This document shows positions 23,550-37,206 of a stretch of 64,000 nucleotides of DNA, piece by piece; position 1 is the stretch's first letter; every line of letters starts with the position of its first letter. A model generated the notes under the pieces. That model was given only the letters and a program-made list of their open reading frames with translations, did not search any database and was not told the DNA's origin. Both the position numbers and the translations under genes were made by a program. The stretch is from Mobula hypostoma (taxonomy: Eukaryota). Location: positions 31,682,001-31,746,000 of the forward strand of contig NC_086101.1 of NCBI RefSeq assembly GCF_963921235.1, in the 5' to 3' direction.

Positions 23550-25070
23550 CAGATGGATCTGGACAAAAGAGAAAAAGGCCAGAGGCGGAATGGTTACCAG
23601 AAGTTGGAAAGTTCATTGTTCAGACTGCTGTGTTGTAGAATACCTAGGTGGAACACAAAGTGCTGCAAAACATGATCCCATCACCCACCATAGTTTTCTC
23701 TCCCCATTTCCCTTTCCATAAGGTGTTACTCTCCGGCCCATTCAGCTCTCCCCATCCATCCCTTTTCTCTCTCCTGCCCATGCACCGCCCTCTGTACCAA
23801 CAAGAAGTGTTACACCTGTCTCCACACCTCCTCCCTCATTTCTATACAGAACCATAAACAGACTTTGCAAGCGAGGCAGACATTCACATACCAATAGGCT
23901 GGTCCTGGACTTATTTCCTGGCATAATTTACATATTATTATTTAATTTTTTATGGTCTTATATTGCTATATTTATACTCTATTCTTGGTTGGTGCAATTG
24001 TAATGAAACCCAATTTCCCTCGGGATCAATAAAGTATGACTATAACTATGACTGAATCCTCCAGCCTTGTTTATTACACATGGTACTTCTGTTCCACCTC
24101 CTTTACATTGGTAAGGCTGGAAGCTGACTGGGTAATTGTTTCATAAACCAGCTGCAATCCATCTGGAATAGGTATCTGGGTCTCCCAGCTCCCAAACATT
24201 TTAATTCCCATTTCCACACTTGTCTTTCTTTAGTCTCCTCCAACTCCTTCCAAATTGGTGGTAAATTAAAATTAGAGGAACAGCATCATATTCTGCCTGG
24301 GCAGTCTCCAACCCGATTTCATGAACGTGGAAATCTCAGTCTTCTGGTAGCTCCTCCCCTCTGCCTCTTTTTAATCTCCTCATGATCCACATAGCCCCCA
24401 TCACTCTAAATCTTCTCCCTATCCCACCATCTCCATCACCCACACACTCCTCCTTTTGGTTTTGCCCCCTACCTCCCTCTGTGTATTTCAGCTCCCCCTT
24501 TTTTCCTGTCAGATTCCATTATCTTCATCACTTCTTCATTTCCACCTATCATCTCTCAGGTTCTGACAACATTCTCACTCCCTCCCCTATCTATCTATAC
24601 TATTGTCACCTGGAGCAATCTCTTGTCTGCCAGCTCTTTATTCAACCCTTCACTTCACCTTTTATACCACTCTTTCTTTCAGTCCAGATGATGGATCTTG
24701 ACTAGAAATATTTTCTGTCCATTTCCCTCAACAGATGCTGCCTGACCAGCTGAGATCCTCCAGCATTTTGTGTGTTGCACCAGATTCTGGTATCTGCAGT
24801 GTCTTGTCTTTATAGCAGACATATAAGAACTGTGGTATTACCAAACATGACCTCAGAAGCCTCAGGTCCCACACCACAAACAAAAGGAAACCTGCAGGTA
24901 CTGGAAATCCAAGCAACGCACACAAAATGCCGGAGGAACTCAGCAGGCCAAACATGGAAAAGAGTAAACAGCCCTGATGAAGGGTTTCGGCCCAAAACAT
25001 GGACTGTTTACTCTTTTCAGTAGATGCTGCCTGGCCTGCTGAGTTCCTCCAGCACTTTGTGTGTGTTGTT
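23550..25070. mobile_element. Cluster of Penelope-like fragments including an inverted pLTR pair
   Basis: GIY-YIG and 3' end remnants; 24890-25070 is an imperfect palindrome around a hammerhead-like core. Confidence 0.7.
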
Positions 25071-25679
25071 AGGTCCCACACCACCAGGTTCAGGAACAAT
25101 TATTACCCTACAAACATTAGGCTCCTGAACAGGCATAGGTAATTTCATTCACCACTACCCTAACCAATTCTACAACATACAGGCTCACTCTCAGACTCTT
25201 TATAACTGATGTTATCAGTATTATGTTTATTTGCACAGTTTGTCTTTTGCACATTTTTTATTTGACAGTCGTTGTTTATGAATAGTTTTTCATAAAATTC
25301 TATTTATTTCTTTTTGTCTTGTAAAAGCCCCCAAGAAAATGAATCTCAAGGTAGCACATGGTAATATATTCATATTTTGATAACAATTTTACTTTGAACT
25401 TTTAAACTTTCAATAGGAACATGATTGTAAAGAGACAATGCCAATTCTAACAGTAGTAAGATTAGTATTAGTAAACTGATGATCATACCCAAATGTAGTT
25501 CAGTGTTGTTAGTTGTCAAGCAGATGCTCATAGAGTTGCAACCCTGTTCAAGTATTTCAAGGGGATACTCCTCAGCTTTTCAGAGTAATACCACACAGAA
25601 ACAGGGCCTACGGCCCAGCTCATCCAAGCTGACAAAGATGCCTTCCTGAGCTCGTCTCTTTTTTCAGTATTTGGTCCAC

Positions 25680-26065
25680 ACCCCACTGAAAGGAGATCTT
25701 GCCTGACAAGTCTAGTAGGCAGCCGTCGATCCCAGGGGATCATGGGTTTGCCCCTCTGGTAGACTGTGTCCTCTCCGGGTGCAAGCCTGGGCAGGAAGAT
25801 TTGAAAAACTGGCTGTTGCCTGTGCAATGGGATCCCCCTCTCCACGTCACTGATGTAGTCCAAGGGAAGGGCAAGTGCTGATACACCTTGGCACCAGTGT
25901 CATCGCAGAGGTTACCAGAGTGAAGTTGTAAACAACATCAAACTGCCTTAGGGAGCCTGCCTCCGGATTTCTTCCTCGGGGTTTACTCCTGAAGCCTTTC
26001 CCACAGGTGGGTATGGCCGCAAGGCAGTGGAGGTTTAAAATCAGAGTTTTCCTTCTGACAAGTGC
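25680..26065 (-). mobile_element. Non-autonomous element, probably RTE-derived
   Basis: Reverse-complement match to 52900-53245; RTE origin is inferred from the recalled 5' UTR style. Confidence 0.5.
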
Positions 26066-26137
26066 TTTCAGGAAGTAACAAACAGGTTAGACAATGAAGA
26101 GGTTCTGCTGGGAAACTGGAGCAATACACTAAAAATC

Positions 26138-26410
26138 TGGGGTGGCATGGTAGTGTAATGGCTAGCACAACACTTTACAGTACCAGCGACCCAGGTTCAA
26201 TTCCCACCACTAAGGAATTTGTAAATTCTCCCCATGACTGCATGGGTTTCCTCGGGTGCTCAAGTTTCCTCCCACATTCCAAAGATGTACCAGTTGGTAG
26301 ATTAATTGGTCATTGTAAGTTGGCCCGTGATTAGACAAGGATTAACTCGGAAGATTTTCTGGATGGCATGGCTCGAGGGGCCAGAAGGGGCTATTCTATG
26401 CTGTATCTCA
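26138..26410 (+). mobile_element. HE1-like tRNA-derived V-SINE
   Basis: A box (TGGTAGTGTAATGG), B box (GGTTCAATTCC) and V-domain gggtttcctcgggtgctcaagtttcctcccacattccaaag. Confidence 0.75.
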
Positions 26411-26429
26411 ATAAATACATGGTGGAACA

Positions 26430-26870
26430 GCTTGACAGTTCAGGCAGCATCTGCGGAGGGAAATAAACAATTGACAATTCAGGCTGAGACCCTCAGTCAG
26501 GAATGGAAAGGAAGAGCACAGAAGACATAAAAAAAAAGGCAGAAAGGGAGGAGCACAAGCTGACAGGTAATAGGTAAGTGCAGATGAGGGGCAAGATGGC
26601 CGGGTGGAGTCAGGGGAGAAAGGGGTAAGAAACTTGGAGCTGATAGGTGAAAGAGTAGTAGGTCTGAAGAAGAAAGAATCTGATAGGAGAGGACAGTGGA
26701 ATAAAGGGAAGGGTGAGCGGAACCAGAGAGAGGTGATGGACAGGTCATGAGGGCAGGGGACTGGAAAGGGAAGGGTTGCCACAGACAAGATAAAGGGGGG
26801 AATAGAAAACTGATGGGAATGATTACTGTACGTTAGAAAAATCAATATCAGTGCTATAGGATTGAGACTT
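26430..26870 (-). mobile_element. Penelope-like 3' end
   Basis: pLTR plus purine-rich 3' UTR similar to 4324-4730. Confidence 0.65.
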
Positions 26871-26879
26871 CCATAGAGT

Positions 26880-28720
26880 TTTAGTCCATCTAGCCCATAT
26901 CACACTAACCATACCATACTATTTTCCCTAATCCCATAAACCTGCACCTGGACCATAGCTCTCCATACTCCTCCCATCCATGTACTTTTTGAAACTTCTC
27001 TTAAATGTTTCGACCAAACCTGCATTCACTACTTTCACTGGCGGCTTATTCCACATTCACACCACCCTCTGAGTGAAGAAGTTCCCCTTCAGGATCGCCA
27101 TAGCCTGTAACTTCCGGTTATGGTCACACTAAACCTCTGAGGGGGAAACGCTGTTTGTATTTACCTTACCAATACCCTTCATTTTTATATAATTTGGTAT
27201 TCATCTATCAAATCTCTTCTCATTCATCTACATTCCATGGAATAAAGTCCTAACTTATTCAACCATTCCTTGTAAGAGGTCCATAAGTCACGGAAACATC
27301 CATCTAAATTTTCTCTGTAGTCTTTGAATATTATTGATGTAGTAAATTTCATGCAGGTGCACAATACTCCAAATTTGGCCTCACCAATGTCTTATACAAC
27401 TTCAACATATCGTTCCATCTCCTGTACTCATACTCTGATGTATGAAGGCCAATGTGCCAAAAGTGCTCTTCACAAACTTATCTACCTATGATGCCACTTT
27501 CAAGGAATTATAAATCTGTATTCCCAGATCCCCCTCTTCTACCACACTCCTCAGTGTCCCACTATTCATTGTGTTAGTCTATTCTGATCTGCCCTCCCAA
27601 AGTGCAATATTTCACATTTATGTGCATTAAATTCCATCTGTCATTTTCCCATCTGGTCCAGACCCCACTGCACGCTTTGACAGCCTTCCTCACTTTCCAC
27701 TACACCCACAATCTTGGTGTCATCCTCAATTTTTTTTCACCCAGTTTACCATATTATCATCCAGGATCACTTTTGAAGGCCTCTCACTGATCAAACATTC
27801 TTTTGCATGAAAGCAACCTATCCCATTTTACACTTGCCAGGTACTTTCTGATGCCATCAGAATAGCGCTTTTTCCTATTTAGAATCTCAACCCCAGGACC
27901 AGACCTATCTTTCTCCACAATTATCTTGAAACTAATGGCATTAATATCACTGGATTTAAAGTGTTCCCCTACACAAACTTCTGTTACCTGTCCTGTCTCT
28001 TCCCCTAACAGTAGATCCAGTATTGCACTCTCTTTAACTGGGTGTATTGGTGAAGCAAAGTTCCTTAAACACATTTGATAAACTCTATCTCATCCAGCCC
28101 TTTACAGTATGGGAGTCCCAGTCAATATATGGAAAGTTAAAATCACCTATTTCACAACTTTAGTTTTCTTGCAACTGTCCGCTATCTCTCTACAAATTTG
28201 TTACTGTTGGGTGGTCTGTCTGATAATTCTATAACATCCATTTCTTATTCCTCACTTCCACCCATACAGCCTCAGTAGATGAGCCTTCCTATCTGGCCTG
28301 ATTGAGTTGTGCTGTGACATTTTCCTTGACTCGTAATGCTACCCCTCCCCTTTTAATACCTCACTCTCTATTACATCTATCTCAACTAAATCCTCTCTCT
28401 TTTTCTTTTTGTACTTGCCTGGCTTATTGTTTTTTTCCAACCAAGTCTCTGTAATAGCTAAGATGTCAAAATTCCATGTGCTGATCCATGCTTTAACCTC
28501 ATCCACCCCTCCTACAATACTCCTCCATTGAAATAGATGCCACTCAGAACATTATTCCCCCCCCCCCACCACCCCGCCATGCTAAACCTTTCAATTCCTG
28601 TCTTTTATGTAGGCCCTACAACATATTTTTCTGCAACCACTCCACTACCTGCCCTGGCACTCTGGTTTCCAACCCTCCTGCAATCCTACTTCCTTTTCAT
28701 TACTGCTCACCTCTTCTTCC
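26880..28720 (-). mobile_element. CR1 fragments (3' end, RT, endonuclease)
   Basis: ORF 27784-28074 AILDLLLG..EHFKSSD; CR1 3' motifs at 26900-27700. Confidence 0.75.
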
Positions 28721-29479
28721 CCCTCTCCATCCCTTCTGAATTATAGAGCCAGGCTTAGTGTCGAGAGACCTGACCGCGGAGCCTTACCTCTGCTAGGATG
28801 TACACCCCACCCCCAACAATATCCAGAGCAGTGTACTTGTTACTGAGGGAAACAGCCATAGGATACGCTCTACTGGCAGTTATCCCCCTTCCTTCTCCCA
28901 ATGGTCACCCAGTTACCCATGTCCTGCACCTTAGATGTAACTAAGTATCCATCAACAGGGACCCCCGTTATCCAGGCCATATTTTCTTCTCACTGCTGCC
29001 AACAGGAAGAGGGTACAGGAGCCCCAGAACTCACACCACCAGGTTTAGGAACAGTTACTACCCCTCAACCAACAGGCTCTTGAAATAGAGGGGGTAATTT
29101 CACTCACCCCGCCACTGAACTTGATTCACTTTCAAGGACTTCATCTCATGCTCACAATGCTTGTTTATTTACATATTATTGTTATTTGTTTATTTCTGTC
29201 TCTTTCTTTTTGTATTTGCGCAGTTTGTTGTTTTTTTAGGTACATTGATTGCTGTCTGCCCTATTGGGTGTGGTCTTTCATTGATTCTATTGTGTTTCTT
29301 GTATTTACTGTGATTGCTGGCAAGAAAATTAATCTCAGAATTGTATATCATATTTTGATTATAAATTTGAGCTTTGAACTTTGAATTACCCCTCTGTATC
29401 ATCTCTCAGTTAACCCTACAGCCTCCTGAATGATCTGCAGTTCATCCCGCTCCAGTTCCAGTTCCCTTACACAGTCTAT

Positions 29480-29990
29480 GAGAAGCTGAAACTTGTACAT
29501 TAAGTTGCCAGAGATACCAGAGGGACCAAGACAGAATATGTGGAGTTACTCCTCCAACCTGCATCTGGCCTCAACATGGCAGTATATGCCATGGATGGAT
29601 ATAATGCCATTTTTCAAGTGGGAAGCAGAATTGAAAATGGTAGCTACCAGGAGATCCTGCCTGTTGCTGCAGATGGAGCAAAGGTTTTTGACAAAGCAGT
29701 CCCCCAACCTATGTTGGACCTCACTAATGTAGAGGAGGCTGCACTAGAGCACCAGATGCAGGAAATGATCCCGATAGACTCACAGGTGAATGTTCCCTCA
29801 CCCAGAAGGTCTGTTTAGGGCCTCGAATGGTGGTGAAGGAGGAGGAATAGGGGCAGGTGTAATACATAGCACAGTAGAAAAGGCAGGCGTAGCTAGGACC
29901 CATACGGGTGCCCATGGCTGCACCTTTAGTTTGGAGGAAGTGGGAGGAGCCAAAGGAGAAATTATTAAGAGTAAGGACTAATTCCTTTGA
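29480..29990 (-). mobile_element. Penelope-like RT and GIY-YIG fragments
   Basis: LVLTLNNFSFGSSHFLQTKGAAMGTRMGPSYACLF, nearly identical to the PLE at about 5.6 kb. Confidence 0.7.
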
Positions 29991-32150
29991 CAGTAATTCC
30001 TTACTGTCAAAGTAGATAAGCACAGTATATCTGTTGCTTATCTACTTTGTGTGTTGGAAACTACCTTTATCACAAATGGATACCAGGTCATGATAGAGAA
30101 ACATCACTTCTTCCTCAGAGGACACTGACACAAGGCAGTCATCAACACAGAAGCAATGCAAAACCTTACCCACTGTCTCACGGCTGAACTGTTCTGCATC
30201 GTCTTTTGTACATTTCCTAAGGGCAAATTTGGCACAGCTCAGAGATGAAATCATTCCGAAGAGATGTTCCAACATTCTAAAGTACACCATATCTTGCCTG
30301 AGGTCTCCATCCAGCCACCAAAGAAACCAGAGAAACCTCAGCAGACCTGCATTTTCTGCTGGTGAAACACTGATCCAATATCTGTCATGATCACCACTGG
30401 CTGCTTTCTGAATATGGCCATGACCTCAATCAGTGAGCTAGTAAGATCTTGTCCCTGTAAAATCTGAGCATTAAGTGGCATTCCCTGAAAAGTCATTCCA
30501 CTGTCAAACACAACATGAAGTTTTCCTTTTCTGGGGTGGTAAACACCATGATGTGAAATATACCAGACTTTCCCATCACTGTGTTCCAGATCCTCTGCTG
30601 ACACTCTTTTGGCATAACCTTTGGAGAGTACATCCTTCATGAAATCTGTGTAGTCAGTGAGAAATGACAAATCCTTCCTAAACCTCTGAGATTTGGAGCA
30701 CACTGTTCTACAATCTAATTGTTATTTGGCATGTTAACCTTTCTTCTGGTAGTGACCATCCACCAGTTTTGCAGAATTTGCAACTTGCTCCATGAACTTG
30801 TGATCTTCTCTTGACAAGCCAAGTTGTTCATCCTAACTACATTCAGGGAAGTCTGCCCTGAACTGTCATTGCCAAACCTTATCCAAGGTCAAAGCTGAGA
30901 TCCTGTTAACTGTCAGCTCAGGCTGTGCACAGTCCTTCCCATCACCATCATCTCCACTCACAGTCCAACCCAACATTGTTCTAACTGCATAAGGTCCATT
31001 ATTAACACTGTGAATCACTTGCAGCAGCTCCAATGTTTAGACACATTTGTCCCTATCAACAGCTCAATTTCTGAATCTATCTCTGGCAAATGGACATGTT
31101 TCAGGTGAGAATATCCCTGGAGATCCCTCCTACGTTGAGTTTCCCCTCTGTGGATGTGCATACTTTCCAGTGTATAGATATTAGGTAGTTCACAATAGTT
31201 CTCACCATCTAAGCCTGAAACAATGTAGCTACTCATTACCTTCTCTTGACCCATGGTGTGTAAGAGAATGCATGTCCTTGTTCCTGTGAGGTTGAGAGAA
31301 AACTGTTGTACTATCTTGATCTAGGAAAGCATAAGTAACTACTGTCTTGTTACCCTTTTTAGACTTCACTTGTACTGGAATTATGGGAAGTTTACAATCA
31401 TGATTGCCAGCCCCTGTAAGGCCATTAGATACCAGGGCACTACTCACTTCTGCGTCTGATTCTTTCACAGCTTGTTTGGATTCTAAACCCTTTTCATCAG
31501 AGTGAATACAAAGTATGCTGGGATGCTTGCTGCTGCATACCTTGTATGAACTATGCTTCCTGCAATCCTTGCTGATGTGCCCTGTACACAAACAGACAAA
31601 GCACTCTCCTGTTGAAGGGTCTTGACCCGAAACATTGACTGTACTCTTTCCCATAGATGCTACCTGGCCTGCTGAGTTCCTCCAGCACTCTGTGTGTGTT
31701 GCAAAACAGACATCATTTTCCTTTAGGAAGGCAATCTTCTCACTCTGAATCCTTTTCTCCATGAGGGCACAAATCCAATGCAAGTTCAACCTCACAGAAC
31801 AGACAGCCCCCTTAGACTGATGAAACCATTTCCCTTCCATTAGTTCCAGGTTCAGTTTTAGCTTTACTTCTCGTAGTGGCCACAGTCATGGCAAGACCGC
31901 TTCCTTTAGCCTTAGAGTGAAATTGTGACTTTTCTAGTTCACGCCTTTACTTACTGTAGGTGATGGAGCAGCTGTATATTCTCAGATAACAGGTCTGTTA
32001 TTATCTTTACTTTCCTTTCAATAAAATCAACAATGTCAGTGAAAGGAGCCTTACAGTTGTGCATTTCTTGCAGTTTCCAGACCACTGTTCTCCATTTATC
32101 CCCAACATATAGGGAAATTTCTTTATAACTATCGACATTTTGATAGTTTG
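29990..32150 (-). mobile_element. BEL/Pao LTR retrotransposon internal remnant (gag zinc knuckles, protease, RT)
   Basis: CFVCLCTGHISKDC..VCSSKHPSILC; YAFLDQDS; WYISHHGVYHPRKGKLHVVFD; HLFGMISSLSCA..CVDDCL. Confidence 0.88.
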
Positions 32151-32623
32151 AGAATCGGAACAGGAGGGCGGTGGGAGCCATTTTGATTTTCTTCTTCTTA
32201 TCATCGGAGTTAAGAGAGGCGGGACTGTGCAGGCGTGTGACGTTGGGCAGTGAAGCACGGAAGATTTAAAAGGAACATAGCCTTATACAGCAGGCAACGG
32301 AGTGAGCTGGGAGCAGAGTGAAGGCTTAAGGGCTTTGGCTCAACGGGCTTAGGCAGAAACGGCGAGTCAAAGTAGGTTTGGTTTTCAATTTTTCCTGTTC
32401 TTTGAGGACAGGGGGAAGTATGAGTGTGAGGGCAGCCTGCTGTTTTCGGTGTCAGATGTAGGAGGTCCTGGAGTCTCGTAGCCTCCCGGACGTCCACATC
32501 TGTGCCAGGTGTGCCAAGCTGCAGCTCCTAAGGGACCGTGTTAGGGAACTGGAGCTGCAGCTTGATGACCTTCGTCTGGTCAGGGAGTGTGAGGAGTTGA
32601 TAGAGAGGAGTTACAGGCAGGTG

Positions 32624-32846
32624 TTGGGCATGTGGCCGAGTGGTTAAGGCGTTCGTCTAGTTACCTCAAGGTCGCTAGTTCGAGCCTCAGCTGTGACAGC
32701 ATGTTTGTGCCCTTGAGCAAGGCACTTAATCACACATTCCTCTAGCCTGTGCGAGGAGTGGTGCCCCACACAGACTTCCAATCTGCACCTTGTAAGGCAT
32801 GAAAATGTCCGACACAGGCCTCTTATGGTCTGACTCGATGTTCCCC
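32624..32846 (+). mobile_element. tRNA-derived SINE with CORE-like block and 12-bp TSD
   Basis: A box TGGCCGAGTGG, B box GTTCGAGCC, cccttgagcaaggcacttaa; TACAGGCAGGTG at 32612-32623 and 32847-32858. Confidence 0.8.
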
Positions 32847-34440
32847 TACAGGCAGGTGGTCACACCGGGGCCACAGGAGGCAGACAAGTGGGTCACGGTT
32901 AGGAGGGGGAAGAGGAAGAGTCAGGTAATAGAGAGTACCCTAGTGGCTGTGCCCCTTGACAATAAGTACTCCTGTTTGAGTACTGTTGGGGGGGACAGTT
33001 TACCTCGGGGAAGCAACAGTGGCCATGCCTCCGGCACAGAGTCCAGCCCTGTAGCTCAGAAGGGTAGGGAAAGGAAGAGGAGGGCAGTAGTAACAGGGGA
33101 CTCGATAGTTAGGGGATCAGATAGGTGATTCTGTGGATGCAGTTAAGAGACCCGGATGGTAGTTTGCCTCCCTGGTCCCAGGGTCCGGGATGTTTCTGAT
33201 CGTGTCCAAGATATCCTGAAGTGGGAGGGTGAGGATCCAGAGGTCGTGGTACATATAGGTATCAATGACATAGGTAGGAAAAGGGAAGAGGTCCTGAAAG
33301 GAGAATATAGGGAGTTAGGAAGGGAGTTGAGAAGAAGGACCGCAAAGGTAGTAATCTCGGGATTATTGCCTGTGCCACGCGACAGTGAGAGTAGAAATGC
33401 AATGAGGTGGAGGATAAATGCGTGGCTGAGGGATTGGAGCAGGGGGCAGAGATTCAAGTTTCTGGATCATTGGGATCTCTTTTGGCGCAGGTGTGACCTG
33501 TACAAAAAGGACGGGTTGCTCTTGAATCCTAGGGGTCCAATATCCTGGCGGGGAGATTTGCAAAGGCTACTGGGGAGACTTTAAACTAGAATGGTTGGGG
33601 GGTGGGAATCAAATTGAAGAGACTAGTAGAGAGGAGGTTAGTTCACAAATAGAGAAAGCTAGTAGACAGTGTGTGAGGGAGGATAGGCAGGGGACAGAGA
33701 ACGGGAGCACTCAGACCGAAGATGTAAGGGAGAAGGAAGAAAAAGATAACAAAGTTGTTTGCACCATTAGGGATAAACAGAGAGTAAGCAGTGGAGAGTT
33801 TCTTAAATGCATTTATTTTAATGCTAGGAGCATTGTAAGAAAGGTGGATGAGCTTAGAACATGGATTGATACCTGGAAATATGATGTGGTAGCTATTAGT
33901 GAAACATGGTTGAAGGAGGGGTGTGATTGGCAACTAAATATTCCTGGATTTCATTGCTACAGGTGTGATAGAATCGGAGAGGCAAGAGGGGGAGGTGTTG
34001 CGTTGCTTGTCAGAGAAAATATTACAGCAGTGCTTTGGCAGGATAGATTAGAGGACTCATCCAGGGATGCTATTTGGGTGGAATTGAGGAATGGGAAAGG
34101 TGTATTAATGCTTATAGGAGTGTATTATAGACCACCTAATAGGGAGCAAGAATTGGAGGAGCAAATTTATAAGGAGATAGCAGATATTTTTAGTAAGCAC
34201 AAGGTTGTGATTGTGGGAGATTTTAATTTTCCACACATAGACTGGGAAGCTCATTCTGTAAAAGGGCTGGATGGTTTGGAGTTTGTAAAATATGTGCAAG
34301 ATAGTTTTTTGCAGCAATGCATAGAGGTACTAACTAGAGAAGGGGCAGTGTTGGATCTCCTGTTAGGGAATGAGATAGGGCAGGTGACGGAGGTATGTGA
34401 TGGGGAGCACTTCGGGTCCAGTGATCACAATGCCATTAGT

Positions 34441-34971
34441 TTAGATTAGATTAGATTAGATTATGAAGACACGTAGTCCTCTTTTATTGTCATTTAGAAA
34501 TGATACAATATTTCCTCCGGTGTGATATCACAAAACACAGGACAGACCAAGACTGAAAAACTGACAAAACCACATAATTATAACATATAGTTATAACAGT
34601 GCAACAGTACCATAACTTGATGAAGAAGTCCATGAGCACAGTAAAAGATCAAAGTCTCTCAAATGTCCCACATCTCACGCAGACGGGAGAAGGAAGAAAA
34701 ACTCTCCCTGCCATGCCGACCACAGTCCGACTCTGAGTCATCCAAAAACTGAGCTCTGATCAGCTCTCCGACACTGAGTACTGAGCGCCATCTCTGTCCG
34801 AATGATTCAACCTCAACCTCGGTCGCCAACAGGCAAAGTCGGGGATTTTGAGGCCTACCCTTCAAAAGATTCCCGACCACGCAGTAACAACAGCAGCCAA
34901 TGAGCATTTCAGAAATTTCTTTAGATGTTCTTCTGTGCTTTCACGTCCATTCTCCATCAAATCAGAATTGT
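34441..34971 (-). mobile_element. Non-autonomous retroposon, copy 2 (5'-truncated), nested in CR1 ORF2
   Basis: Similar to 10910-11512; (TTAGA)n tail; splits gccattagt|ttcaatata. Confidence 0.75.
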
Positions 34972-37206
34972 TTCAATATAATTATGGAGAAGGATAGGAC
35001 TGGACCCAGGGTTGAGGTTTTTGATTGGAGAAAGGCTAACTCTGAGGAGATGCGGAAGGATTTAGGAGTGGATTGGGACAATTTGTTTTATGGAAAGGAT
35101 GTAATAGAGAAATGGAGGTCATTTAAAGGTGAAATTTTGAGGGTACAGAAACTTTATCTTCCTGTTAGGTTGAAAGGAAAGGTTAAAAGTTTGAGAGAGC
35201 CATGGTTTTCAAGGGATATTGGAAACTTGGTTCGGAAAAAGAGAGAGATCTACAATAAATGTAGGCAGCTTGGAGTAAATGAGGTGCTCAAGGAATATAA
35301 AGAATGTAAAAAGAATCTTAAGAGAGAAATTAGAAAAGCTAAAAGAAGATATGAGGTTGCTTTGGCAAGTAAGGTGAAAATAAATCCAAAGGGTTTCGGC
35401 AGTTATATTAATAGCAAAAGGATACTGAGGGATAAAATTGGTCCCTTACAGAATCAGAGTGGATGGCTATGTGTGGTGCCAAAAGAGTTGGGGGAGATTT
35501 TGAACAATTTCTTTTCTTCAATATTCACTAAGGGGAAAGATATTGAATTGTGTAGGGTAAGGGAAACAAGTAGGGTAGTTATGGAAACCATGATGATTAA
35601 AGAAGAGGAAGTACTGGCGCTTTTAAGGAATATAAAAGTGGATAAGTCTCTGGGTCCTGACAGGATATTCCCTAGGACCTTGAGGGAAGTTAGTGTGGAA
35701 ATAGCAGGGGCTCTGACAGAAATATTTCAAATGTCATTAGAAACAGGGATGGTGCCGGAGGATTGGCGTATTGCTCATGTTGTTCCATTGTTTAAAAAGG
35801 GTTCTAAGAGTAAACCTAGCAATTATCGGCCTGTGAGTTTGACGTCAGTGATGGGTAAATTGATGGAAAGTATTCTTAGAGATGGTATATATAATTATCT
35901 GGATAGACAGCTTCTGATTAGGAACAGCCAACATGGATTTGTGCATGGAAGGTCATGTTTGACAAATCTTATTGGATTTTTTGAAGAGGTTACTAAGAAA
36001 GTTGACGAGGGTAAAGTGGTGGATGTTGTCTATATGGACTTCAGTAAGGCCTTTGACAAGGTTCCACACAGAAGGTTAGTTAGAAAGGTTCAATCGTTAG
36101 GTATTAATATTGAAGTAGTAAAATAGATTCAGCAGTGGCTGGATGAGAGATGCCAGAGAGTAGTGGTGGATAGCTGTTTGTCAGATTAGAGGCCGGTGAC
36201 TAGTGGTGTGCCTCAGGGATCTGTACTGGGTCCGATGTTGTTTGTCATATATATTAATGACTTGGATGATGGGATGGTAAATTGGATTAGTAAGTATGCA
36301 GATGATACTAAGATAGGTGGTGTTGTGGATAATGAAGTAGGTTTTCAAAGCTTGCAGAGATATTTAGGCCAGTTAGAAGAGTGGGCTGAAAGATTGCCTT
36401 TGGAGCTTAATGCTGATAAATGTGAGTTGCTACATTTTGGGAGGACTAATCAAAATAGGACATACATAGTAAATGGTAGGGCATTAAAGAATGCAGTAGA
36501 ACAGAGGGATCTAGGAATAATGGTGCAGAGTTCCCTGAAGGTGGAATCTCATGTGGATAGAGTGGTGAAGAAAGCTTTTTGTATGCTGGCCTTTATAAAT
36601 CAGAGTATTGAGTATAGGAGTTGGGATGTAATGTTAAAATTGTACAAGGCATTAGTAAGGCCAAATTTGGAGTATTGTGTACAGTTCTGGTCACCGAATT
36701 ACAGGAAAGATGTCAACAAAATTAAGAGAGTACGGAGAAGATTTACTAGAATGTTGCCTGAGTTTCATCTCCTAAGTTGAAGAGAAAGGTTGAACAAGTT
36801 AGGTCTTTAGCATAGAAGGTTGAGGGGGGACTTGATAGAGGTATTTAAAATTATGAGGGGGATTGATAGAGTTGACATGGATAGGCTTTTTCCATTGAGA
36901 GTGGGGGAGATTCAAACAAGAGGACATGGGTTGAGAGTTAAAGGGTAAAAGTTTAGGGGTAACATGAGGGGAAACTTCTTTACTCAGAGAGTGGTAGCTG
37001 TGTGGAATGAGCTTCCAGCAGAAGTGGTTGAGGCAGGATTGATGTTGTCATTTAATGTAAAATTGGATAGCTATATGGACAGGAAAGGAATGGAGGGTTA
37101 TGGGCTGAGTGCAAGTCGGTGGGTCTAGGTGAGAGTAAGAGTTCAGCACGGACTAGAAGGGCCGAGATGGCCTGTTTCCGTGCTGTAATTGTTATATGGT
37201 TATATG

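Larger units (their letters stand above)
32160..37206 (+). mobile_element. Near full-length CR1 LINE (ORF1 zinc finger plus esterase; ORF2 APE plus RT) with two nested insertions
   Basis: ORFs 33156-33584, 33595-34449, 34900-36126 and 36196-36780: YFNARS, ETW, SDH, YRPVSLTS, SKAFDKV, QGSVLG, YADD; short tandem tail near 37190. Confidence 0.92.

Noticed and set aside
32624-32700. tRNA genes at SINE heads (also 26140, 40650-40716, 56760-56815)
   Set aside because: A and B boxes run into SINE bodies, and no complete cloverleaf is present.
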